This document shows positions 46,343-58,300 of a stretch of 64,000 bases of DNA, piece by piece. The translations under genes and the position numbers were made by a program. Origin of the DNA: a virus; IMG/VR virus record IMGVR_UViG_3300037467_001798; one strand, 5' to 3'. The notes beneath the pieces were generated by a model. That model did not search any database and was not told the DNA's origin. It worked only from the letters and a program-made list of their open reading frames with translations. Each line of letters opens with the position of its first letter. Within the stretch, counting starts at the first letter, position 1.

Positions 46343-49300
46343 ATGGCGGGCAACGACTGGGGCATGAACGACGCGCGTGCGGACGCGCAGGGCAACGACT
46401 GGGGCGCCGATGACGCGCCGGCGGCGCGGCGCGAGCTGCCCGAAGGGGTGCGCCCGAGCGAGGCGGGCGCCGGCCGCGGCAGCGCGATGGACCCGCGCCA
46501 GCTGGGCGTGCCCGATGCGGCCGAGCGCGTGCCCCAGAAGATCGTGCCCGGCGCGCCGCCGCCGCTGGACTTCAAGCCGGTACCCTCCAACGGCGGGTTC
46601 GACCCCACGTTCGTGGTCAACCGCGAGCCCTACGGCTCGGTGCTGGAGGACCAGGGCGGCGGCGACGTGTCCAACGTGGTGGCCTCGCGCCGCGCCGGCG
46701 CCCAGGAGGATCTGACGCCCAGGCCGCGCATCGAGCCGCGCACGCGCACCGCCGACACCACCATGGCCGACAAGGGCGGCATGCTGCGCGACGCGCCGAT
46801 GCCCGTGCGCGCCGCGGCGCAGGCCGCCGCCGGCGCTGCCGAGGGCGCCTGGGGCACGGTGCGCGCTGGCGCCGACATCGCCGACAGCCTGGGCGTGCCA
46901 GGTGCCGCGGCGGCGGCGCGCTTTGCCGGCAGCGCCGCGCAGGGCGCCAAGCAGTACCAGGAGGGCATGGGCGATCCGCTGCCCAGCACCGACTTCGGCC
47001 CCGACAGCCCCGTGCCGTACCTGCGCAAGCAGGCCGAGGGCGCGGCCAGCTCGCTGGGCACCTCGGCCGCCTTCGCGGTGGGCCTGGGCGCCAAGGCGGT
47101 GATCCCGCTGATGTCGATCCAGTCGGCCGGCCAGCAGTACCAGGCCGCGCGCGAGGCCGGCCTGGAGCCGGGCGCCGCGCTGGCCAACGCCATCCCGTAC
47201 GGCACCTTTGAGGCCATCGGCGAGAAGTTCCAGGGGCTGGACAAGGCCGCCGCGGCGCTGCGCACGCTGATGACGCGCGGGGTGTCGGCGCGCGAGGTCA
47301 AGACCGCCGGCGACATCCTCATGCACGCGGGCATCCGCGAGGTCCCCGGCGAGGTGCTCACCTACCTGGGACAGACCGGGGTGGACCTGCTGCCGGGCAT
47401 CGGGTTGAACCCCAACCTGACGGTCGAGCAGTTCATCGACGGCCTGCGCGACACGGTGGTGCAGTCCTCGATGATGGGCCTGGCCACCGGCGGCGGCGGC
47501 GCCATCGCAGCGGCGCGCGCGCGCACCCCGCGCGAGCGCAGCGCCGAGGACATCGCCCGCGCCAAGGGCTTCCTGGTGCGCCAGGAGCAGATCGACCGCA
47601 TGGGCAAGGCCGGCGAGAAGGAGCTGGCCGGCCAGATGCAGCGCCAGCTCGATGGCGAGCGCGCCGAGGGCGAAATCGCCCTGATGGCCGACAAGCCGTG
47701 GGGCCGCAGCCCCGAGTTCGCGCAGCGCTACCGCGAGCTGCGCGCCGGCGGGGTCAAGCCGGCCGAGGCGGCCGCGCGCGCCTCGATGCACGCCAGCTGG
47801 GGCGAGCTGGCCGGCGGGGTGGGGCTGGACGAGGACGCCTGGAGGAAGGCCGCCGACGCCGCGGCCAAGCTGCCGCTGGACAAGGTGCCGGGGTTCTTTG
47901 AAGCGTTCACCGCGCAGATGGTCAAGAGGGGGCGGGCGCAGACCCTGCCCGAGGGCACCATCGCCGGGGCGGTGGCCGGGGTGCGCGACGACGCCACCCA
48001 CACCGCGCTGGCCGACGTCTACGGCGAGCAAGCGCCCACGGCCACCATGACCGCCATCCAGGAGCTGGAGCGGCGCGCCGACGGCGCGGCACCGGCCGCT
48101 AGCGGATCAGAAACGGCCGTTCCTGAGCCACAAGCCGCGTTGCCTGCAACGAATGAGCCGCAAGGCGAGACGGCGGCCGACTTCGGCGCCGACGACCTCA
48201 CGCGCAACGCGCACGGCATGCACGCCGGCGCCAGCTCGCCGAACAACGACAAGAGCGCCACGCGCGAGCAGATCCTGGCCGGCAACGCGCCGCTGGGCCA
48301 CATGCGCATCGGCGGCATGGGCGCCTCGATCGAGAACGCGCCGGGCAGCGAGCGCATCGACCTGCACAACGAGCCGCCCAACTGGCGCACGCCGATGGCG
48401 CACGGCTACGGCTACGGCTACTTCAAGCGCACCGAGGCGGCCGACTCCACCCAGGCCAAGCGCCAAGGCATCGACGCCTTCATCCGCGAGGACATCCCCG
48501 AGAACTACGACGGCCCGGTGCACGTGATCGACCAGGTGGGCAAGGGCGGCCGCTTCGACGAGCACAAGGCCATCGTGGCCCCCATCTCGGATGCCCAGGC
48601 GCGCCAGGTGTACCTGGCGCACTACGAGCCGGGCTGGCAGGGCCTGGGCGCAATGCGCACCTTCGACACGTTCAGCGAGTTCAAGAAATGGGCCCAGGAT
48701 GGACGAAAGAGCGACCCCGCCAACCCCGACGCCTTCGTGCGCAACCCCTTTGGCGAACACTGGAGCCTCAAGCCGGCCGCCCAGGCTGACGCGCGAGCAG
48801 CAGGAGATGGCCAGGCAGCACGGCCTGACGCCGCAGCAGGCAGCCCTGGTGCACTGGCCGGTGCGCAGCCCGTTGCAGTAACGCCCCTGCGGGTGGGCAT
48901 CACCCCCAACGACGCCCAGCCGGTGTCGATCCGCGCCGGCGTCATCCATGTGGGTGAGGAGCCGGCCTACGACTACGACAGCGGCGAGCCGGTGCGCATC
49001 GAGGGCGGCGCCAGCGACGCCCAGCTCAAGCAGGCGCTGCGCCAGGCCGGCGCGCTGGGCCGCCGCCAGCGCTTCTTCGGCGGCGCGCGCCAGGAGCAGC
49101 CGGCCCAGCATGATGAACCGGCGCCGGACGCGCTGGTCAAGGCCGACGACGGCCAGCCGTTCAAGAGCAAGGCCCAGGCCCAGAAGGCCAGGAAGGGCCA
49201 CCCCGACAAGCGGGTGGTGCGCATCGAGGGCGGCTGGGCGCTGGCCGACAAGACCGCCGCGCAGCTGGAGGCCGAGGCCGCCGCGGCGCGGCGCCTCACC

Positions 49301-52300
49301 GGCAACACCGGCGAGGCCGGCTCGCCCATCTCGGCGCACGCCTTCATCGCCGCCGCCGGTGGCCTGCAGCGCAGCGCCATGGCCGACGCCGGGTTCGATC
49401 GCAACCTGCAGGTGGGCAGCCGCTGGCTGTTCGCCGGCCAGGGCAAGGGCCTGACGATCGAGCAGGCCACCGAGCGCCTGGTCGAGGCCGGCTACCTGCC
49501 CGAGGGCGCCGGCCACAACCAGGCATTCGACCTGCTGCGCAAGAGCGCCACCCAGACCCCGCAGTACACCCCCGAGGGCTGGGAGCGCATCGCGCAGGCC
49601 GAGGGCCAGGCGCGCTTTGACGAGCACCTGCAGGCGCTGGCCGAGCAGGAGGCCCAAGGGGCCGATCCGTTCGCCCCGCTGGACCAGGATCTGCTGGACG
49701 AGGTGGGATTCGACGACCTGGACCCCGAGGAGCAGCGCGACTTCGCCGCGCTGGTGGCCGCGGCCGAGGCCGAGGGGATCGACACCGAGGCGATCCTTGA
49801 GGAAGCAGCCAAGCTGACGCAGAATGGAGACCTTCATGCCTACCACGCCGAAGTCACCCGCCTCCTTGCCCTCCAGCGCGCAGCCCGCGCTGGTGACGGC
49901 CGCGGACAACCTGCTGCAGCGCCAGGTGGTGGCCAAGGGCGGCCTGGCGCCGTCCAGCCGGGCGAGCAAGGCCGCCAGCCAGTACCTGGCCAAGCGGGCG
50001 ATGAAGCAGCTGCAGGCCAAGCCGGCGACCAACAAGGCGCCGTAGAGCGCGCGCGCATCACGCGCGACACCCCCGCCCCGCAAGGCACCACGATCGTCGA
50101 CGGCCAGGGCCGCCAGTACCGGGTCCACGTCAACCGCGGCCACGGCACGCTGGTCACGCATCCGATCGTCGACGGCAAGCCCCAGGTCAGCGCCGACACC
50201 GCGGTGCGCTTCTGGGTCGGCGGCGACGACATGCAGCCGGCCGGCGAGAACGACCGCACCGACCCGGTGTACCGGGCCGACCGGGAACTCATCACGCCCA
50301 GCCAGGACGAGAGCATCGGGAAGAACGATGCGGGCGAGCCGCTGTACCGCCGCAAGGACGGCTCCGTCTATCGGATGCATGCGGGCAAACCCGACTTCGG
50401 CGGCGACCTGGCCGCAGTCGGGGGCGACCTGCTGGGCGAGGCGCCCAACGCCAGCCAGCAGGAGGCGGCCCGCCTCAAGGCCGAAAAGGACGACAAGGCC
50501 CGCCGCGCGCGCGACGCCGCGCCGGAGGCCGACGGCTTCATGCTCACCGGCAGCGATCGCGCCGCTGACGTCGGTGCTGCCGCCGGCCAGAGCGACATCT
50601 TCGGCCAGGACGACAAGCCCGATCCGCGCCAGCCCGCGCCGGCCGACTGGCGCGAGCGCGCCGCCAAGAAGGCAGCGGCCGACCCGGTGGCAGCTGCGCG
50701 CAAGGAGCTGAACGACATCGGCCGCCGGCTGGACCGCGGCAAAGGCAGCAACCCCGGCACCAAGGTCTCCAAGGCCGAGGAGGCCAGGCTGCGCGCCCGC
50801 ATGGACGAGCTGAAGCGGATCATCGTCGAGGCCGACGCAGCCGAGGACCGGGCCGCCACCGCCGACACGGTGGTCAACGGCCAGCCGCGCACCACCGACA
50901 ACCCGCGCGAGTGCCTGCTGCTGATGGCGTGCGGTGCCGAGAAGAACATTCCGCACGGCGGGGCGGCTGCCGGCGACGCCTACACCGGCCCGCTGTGGCA
51001 GACGTTCCGCAAGCACGCGCCGGCCGGCGTCATGGCGCAGCCCGACCTGGCCATCCTGTCCGCGAAATACGGCTTCGTGGGCCGCGGCCAGAACATCGAC
51101 CCCTACGACGAGAAGATGACCGCCGAGAAGGCGGCCAAGATGGCGGCCACACCGCAGGTCGATCGCCTGGCATCGCCCTCCAAGACCGTCTACCGCGACG
51201 TGCAGCTGGTGGGCGGCGCCGAGTACCGCCAGGTCATGCGCGCGTACGTGGCCGCGGCCATCAACCAGGGCCTGATCGCCCCGGACGCGAGCATCCGCGA
51301 GACCACCGGCGTCAACGACAACGGCAAGGGCATCGGTGTGCACCGCGAGCAGCTGGCGCAGTACCTGGACGGCTTCGCTGCCGAAGGAGCAAGCAAGCCG
51401 GCAGGTGGTGAGCAGCAGGAGCTGCTGGCCCCCGGCATGCCCGAGGCGGCGCACCCCGAGCCTGGCCACGAGCCGCTGCCGATGCCGCAGGAGGCATTCG
51501 GCAAGGCGCTGGAGAACGTCGAGCCGTTCCTGCGCGGGGTGGGCGCCACCACGGTGGTGACCGAAAAGCGCGCCACCGAGACCATCACGCCCGAGGAGGC
51601 CGCGGCCCGCCTGCAGGAGTGGAAGGCCGAGGCCCGCCGCCAGGGGCAGACCGGCGCCAACGCCAGCAAGATGGTGCTCAGCCTGTTCGATGCGAGCGGC
51701 GTGTGGTCCCAGCCCTGGGTAGACGCAGGCTACGACGTGCGCACCTTCGACATCCAGACCGGCGAGGACATCAACGACTTCAGCAGCGAGTACCTGCTGG
51801 ACCAGCTGGACCTGCACGACGTGCACGTGATCCTGGCGGCGCCGCCGTGCACCGACTTTTCCAGCTCCGGTGCGCACGCCTGGAAGAAGAAGGACGCCGA
51901 CGGCCGCACCAAAGCCTCGATCCGCCTGGTGCAGCAGACCCTGGCCACCATCGAGCTGATGAAGCCCACGGCCTGGGCGCTGGAGAACCCGGTGGGCCGC
52001 ATCGCCAAGCTCAATGGCCTGCCGCCGCCGTCGCTGACCTTCCAGCCGCACAACTTCGGCGACCCCTACACCAAGCGCACGCTGCTGTGGGGGAACATGG
52101 AGACCGAGCTGCCGCTGGCCAACGTGGAGCCCACCCAGGGCTCCAAGATCGCCAATCTGCCGGGCGCCGACAAGTACGGCCGCAGCCTGACCCCCGAGGG
52201 CTTCGCCTACGCCTTCTTCATGGCCAACAACGCCCAGGCGCTGGGCGTGAGGGGCGTGCTGGCGCGCGAGTTCGCCAACGTGGCCGACGACGTGCGCGCG

Positions 52301-55300
52301 GCCTACGACGCCGGCAAGGCCGCTGGCATGCAGGACCACGAGATCGAGGGCGAGCTGCGCGATGCGGTGGGCGATGCGTACTACGGTGGGGCGTTTGAAG
52401 ATGCCGCCGAAGGTGCGCGCGAGCTGGCCGCCGAGTGGGGCAAGAAGGCCAAGCCGGCCGCCGCTCCCGCCAGCAGCCTGGCCGAGCGATGGGACGCCAT
52501 GACGCCGGCGCAGCGCAGCGACCTGCTGAAGGCAACCCAGGCCAAGCCCGAGACGATCGAGCGCACCAGCGCCAAGAGCTGGGGCGAGCTGAGTGACAGC
52601 TGGCACCGATCGCTGACTCGCGTGCTGGGCGACAAGCCGGCCGCCGCGCCGAAGGCCCAGACGGCAGCCGCGGCGCCGGCCGCCGCACCCGCACCGACCG
52701 CGCCCCCCAAGCCCAAGCACAAAGCGCCCGCGCTGCGCGCCGCCGGCCAGAAGCTGGTCGAGCAGGGCCAGGCCGAGGAAGGCAGGGACCGTCTGGCCAA
52801 CACCCACAAGCGCGCCGCCCAGGCAGCCAGCGCGAGCGCCGCAGCCCGTGCCCAGGTGGCCATGGGCAAGACCATGCAGAACCTGGCTGACGCCATCGAG
52901 GCCGGCCAGGCCGACAAGCTGGTGGGCGTGACCAGCAAGGCCCAGGTGGAAGCCCTGGACCGCGCCATTCTCTCGGCGATGAATGAACGGGACCGGGCCG
53001 AGAACAAGAGCTACGCCCAGACCGAGAAGGAGAAGGGCCGCGCGCCGGACGCCAAGGACGTGCAGTACGCCAAGCTGCCACACCCGAGCTGGAATGTGGG
53101 CGGCGCCACCCCGCAGCGGCTGGAGGAGGCCATCAAGGGAAAGAAGGGCGTGAAGGAGGTGCAGAAGCTGCTGCGCATCCCGCCCAGCGCCGAGCTGCTG
53201 TCCGCGCTCAAGAAGATGGGCGTCAGCCAGAAGGACATCGACTACGCCCTGGGCTGGTGGAACCAGGAGGCCATCGCGCGCCTGGGCCGCTTCGCGCGCA
53301 TGGGCATCACGACCGACGCCGAGCTGCGCACCGCGCTGAATCAGTACATCGAGCACCGCGACGGCCCGAAGGCGGAAGACCCGGTAAAGGCGCTGGAGCG
53401 CCGCCTGATCGGCCAGAAGGTCGGCATCGACTTCTTCCCGACGCCGGCCAGCGTGGCCCAGCAGATGGTGCAGCTGGCCGGCGTGAAGCCTGGCATGCGC
53501 GTGCTGGAGCCGTCCGCGGGCAATGGCAACATCGCCGACGCCGCCAAGGCCGCCGGCGCGCGGGTGGAAGCGGTGGAAATCTCCGACAGCCTGCGCGAGC
53601 TGCTGGAGGCCAAGGGCCACCGCCTGGTGGGCCGCGACTTCATGGAGCTGGAGGCGCCGCATCAGTACGACGCCATCCTGATGAACCCGCCCTTTTCCAA
53701 CCGGATGGACGCCGAGCACATCCAGCGCGCCTGGACCATGCTCAAACCGGGCGGCACGCTGGTGGCCATCGCCGGCGAAGGGGTGTTCTTCGGCTCCGAC
53801 AAGAAGGCCCAGACCTTCCGCGAGTGGCTGGACGAGAACGGCGCCGAGGTGGACAAGCTGCCCGCTGGCACCTTCAAGGACACCCAGCTGCTGGCCACCA
53901 CCGGCACCAACGCGCGGCTGATCTTGCTGGCCAAGCCGGGCGGGGACGAAGATTCCCCGCGACTGGCGCGTGGCATCTGGAAAAGCGAGCTGGCCTCGGC
54001 GATCGAGGGCTCCACCATGAAGGCCGCGCCGGCGCAGGGCTGGCAGGAATACCTGCGCGGGCTGCCCAAGAAGGGCATCAAGCCCGATGAAATCGGCTGG
54101 AGCGGCATCACCGACTGGCTGGCCCTGCAGGACCCGCGCGCCAAGGTGTCCAAGGACGACGTGCTGGCGTTCCTGGCCGACCACGGTGTCCAGGTGGGCG
54201 AGGTGCGCCTGGGTGGCCAGGTGCCGGACGAGCCGGACCTGCACATCACCGACCGGCAGCAGATCGAGCAGGGCGAATACCACGACCCGGTGTTCGATGA
54301 GGACACCGGCGAGGTGATCGAGCCGGGCCAGGACTACACCTACCTGACAGAGCTGACGGTGGAGGACCGCGAGAGCGGCGACCAGTTCATCGTCACGATT
54401 GACGAGGAGGCGGGCAACGTCACGGTGCAGGGCCCGGGCGGCCAGTTCATCGACGTGGCCGCGCCGATGAACCAGCAGGATGAGCAGGATGCGCTCGATG
54501 CCATCCGCCAGCACCTGATCGACCAGCAGAAGGCCGAGGCCGGCGGCAACGACGTGCACGGCCCCACCGAGTTCCACGACTGGAAGGCCATCAAGGAGGG
54601 CGGCGAGAACTACCGCGAGCTGCTGCTGACGCTGCCGCGCACGCCGGGCAAGACCCTGGTGGGCCGCGAGGCGGTGTTTGCCAAGTGGAAGCCGCAGATC
54701 GAAGAAGCGCGCAAGGCGATGGACGCCACGATGGGCGGCTCCATGCAGGAGCGCACCGACGCGATCGCCGCCTACGACAAGCTGGTCGACCAGCGCAACG
54801 AGGAGGCTGCCAGGACCGCCGGCGAAGTGCCCGACTTCACCGACCACCACTGGGGCGACACCGCCAACGTGCTGGCCCACGTGCGCTTTGACGAGCGCAC
54901 CGACGCCGACGGCAAAAAGGTGCTGTTCGTCCACGAAATCCAGAGCGACTGGGCCCAGAAGGGCCGCAGCAAGGGGTTCGACGTGCCCACCGGCATCAAG
55001 CCGGTGAGCGAGGAAGAACTGCGCGCCTTCACCGACCAGCTGGCCCAGGACTACGCCGACAAGCTGCGCGCCGACGGGGTGGATGGCGCCGAGGCCGAGC
55101 GCCGCGCCGCACGCGCCCAGTACCCGCAGATGGCCGAGGCGCTCGGTCGCGCGCAGCAGCTGCAGGACATGCAGGCCGGGCGCGAGCAGGCGCTGAGCGG
55201 CAAGAAGAAGGCCATCCCGCCTGGTCCCTTCGTGATGTCCACCGACGCCTGGGTGGCGCTGGCGCTCAAGCGCATCGTGCGCTACGCCGCCGACGGTGGG

Positions 55301-58300
55301 TTCGACAAGGTGGCGTTCGTCACCGGCGAGCAGAACGCGGCCAACTTCGGCCTGGAGCACCAGGTCGACAGCATCGCCACGACGTTCTACCGCGACGCGG
55401 ATCGCAAGATCGTGCGCGAGGTGCGCATCCACCCCAACCGCGGCAGCAGCATCGATCTGGGGGTGAACGAGGACGGGGTGGTGTTCTCGGCGCCGTCGAG
55501 CCTGGCGCAGGCCAAGGACCAGCCGTTGAGCGAGGTGATCGGCAAGGAGCTGGCCGACAAGATCATGGCCCACGGGCCCAGCGCGCCTGGCGCACGGCCC
55601 ACCGCGCTGCCGGAGGGCTACACCATCAGCATGGACCGGCACAGCGACCGCGACCGGCCATTCACGGTCATTCCGCCCGGCCAGATGCACGGCCAGCCGT
55701 TTGCCGGCCGGCACGCCACCGAGCAAGAGGCCATCGAGGCCGCGATTGACCGCATCGTCGGGCTGTCCAACGACAAGCCGCTGGTGCTGTCCGGCGACGG
55801 CCTGCGGGTGGGCGGCGACGGCATGCGCGCCTTCTACGACAAGATCGTGCCGGCGGCGGCCAACAAGCTGCTGGCCAAGATCGGCGGCGGCAAGCTCACC
55901 ACGGTGACGCTGCCCGAGGGCCTGGACAACTGGGAGGTGTTCAAGGGCGCCCGCGCGCTGTCGGGCATGTCCGAGAACCAGTGGAACAACACGCCGGCCC
56001 GCGAGGTGGAGGTGTGGCGCCAGAAGTTCCTGGCCAGCCGCGTGATGGGTCAGCCCGGCTTCGACATCACCCCGCGGATGAAGGAGCTGGCGGCCGAGGG
56101 CATGCCGCTGTTCCGCCGCCCCGAGGGCGAGCGCGCACCGATGACCCGCGGCGAGGTGGACGCCGCGCGCGACAAGCTGCGCGAGATGCGCCGCCAGGCC
56201 GCCGGCGCGGCGCGCGAGGACGTCGAGCGCATCGTCAACGAGCTGCGCGCCGACTGGGCCAGCGGCCCGCGCATCCGCGTGGTGGCCTCCACCCAGGACA
56301 TCCCCACGGCCGTGCCGGCCGACACCCGCGGCATGCTGCACGAGGGCACCGTCTGGATCGTGGCCAACGCCCACAAGAAGGGCCAGGGGCTGCGCCAGGC
56401 GGTGGGCATCACCCTGGCGCACGAGGCGGTGGCCCACTACGGGCTGCGGCGCCTGCTGGGCCGCAAGGACTGGCAGCAGTTGATGGCCAACATCCAGCTG
56501 GCCATCGCCTCGGGCAACAAGCCGCTGCGCGCCATCCAGGACTACGTGCGCCAGGCGTACCGCAACGCCGACGGCTCGTTCACCCTGTCCAAGGACATCG
56601 AGGCCGACGAGATTGCCGCGCGCGCGATCGAGCAGGCGGTCGACCGCGCCGGCAACTTCCGCCCCGGCCTGTCGTTCCTCAAGGCGGTGTGGGCCAAGGT
56701 GGCCCAGGCGCTGCGCAAGATCGGCATCAAGGTGCCGTTCACGAACGCCGAGCTGCAGGGCATGCTGGTGGCTGCCGCGCGCGGGCTGAAGCTGGGCCAG
56801 CGCCACGCGGGCACCGACAGCGCCGTCATCCGCGGCACGCGCTTCATGTACGGCGGGGTGGAGGCCGAGCGCGGCCCGCAGGGCGGGGCGATCGACTACA
56901 GCCAGCAAAGGGCATACCGCAGCCTGCGCGAGGCGCTCGACCGCGAGCAGGCCGGCTACAGCCCCGAGGAAATCCGCGAATCCACTGGCTGGTTCAAGGG
57001 CCCGCACGACGGCAAGTGGCGGTTTGAAATCAATGACCGCGACGCCCGCCTGGTGGGCTGGGACGCGATGCCCGAGTCCAAGCTGTTTGGCCAGGCGCAC
57101 AAGGTCAAGCTGGGCGAGCTGCTGGACCACCCGCAGCTGTTCGCGGCCTACCCGGCGCTGCGCGACGTCGAAGTGGTCAAGCGCGCGGGGTTCCTGGACT
57201 TCGGCGGCCTGCAAGGCTGGTTCGACGGCAAGAACGACATGGGCATCACCCCGTACGCGAAGGAGCCGCTGTCGACGCTGCTGCACGAGGTGCAGCACTG
57301 GATTCAGGCGCGCGAGGGCTTTGCCACCGGCGGCAACGAGAACATGGCCTTTGCGGCCATGACGCCCGAGCAGAAGGCGCGCGCTGGCGAGCGGGTGCTG
57401 CAGGCGCTGGACAAGCGCCGCGCCGCCCTGGCCAAGGAGCGCCTGGAGGCGGTCACCGCGCTGGAGTATTCCCAGACCGAGGGCGGCAAGCTGTACCGCA
57501 AGGCCCAGCAGATGTGGAGCGAGCACACCCAGGCCACCCGCGGCATGGCGCCCGACCACCCCGAGCGCCGGGCCGCCTTCGACAAGCTGGGCGAGATGGA
57601 GGCCGAGGCCGTGCGGCTGCTGGGCTTCAAGGACCGCTGGGCGATGAGCTGGGAGCAGACGATGGCGCTGTCGGCCGCCGGCAGAAACACGCCCGAGGAG
57701 CTGCGCGAGCGCGTCGCGCGCAAGGACGGCGAGCTGGTGGCCAACGAGCAGCGGCGCGCGGCGGTGCAGTCGGGCGACGAGGCGGCCATCGAGAAGGCGA
57801 TCGGCGAATCGGGCGAGGGGTACAACCTGTACAAGGCCATCGCCGGTGAAATCGAGGCGCGCGACATCCAGGCGCGCCAGCCGCTGAGCGACGACGAGCG
57901 CCGCGCCACGGCGCCCTTCAGCTCCGAGCAGTTCGACCCCAAGGACGTGATCGTCACCTACGGCCGGGGCGAGCAGGGCAGCCAGGAGCCGGCCATCCGC
58001 AAGGCGCTGGAGGCTGCCATCGCGGCCAAGCGGAGGTTCGACGCCGCGGACCGCAAAGCCGCTGCCGGCGACGTCAAAGACCCGGACGGCTACTTCGCGC
58101 TGGCCGGCAAGGCATCCGAGGCCGAGAAGGCTGCCGCTGCGGCCATCGCGGCCACGCCGGATGACGGCTTTGCCTTGGCGGCCAAGACCCGTGACGGCCG
58201 CATGCTGGCGCTGACGCGCTCGGCGCAGCGGCCCGGCAAGTGGCAGCTCACGCGCTTCGACCGCCAGGGCGAGCCGTGGGGCGACACGCAGTACGACGGC

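Noticed and set aside
39035-48031. Minus-strand ORFs of 742, 740 and 1028 aa
   Set aside because: Antisense shadows with no motifs, opposite coherent virion genes
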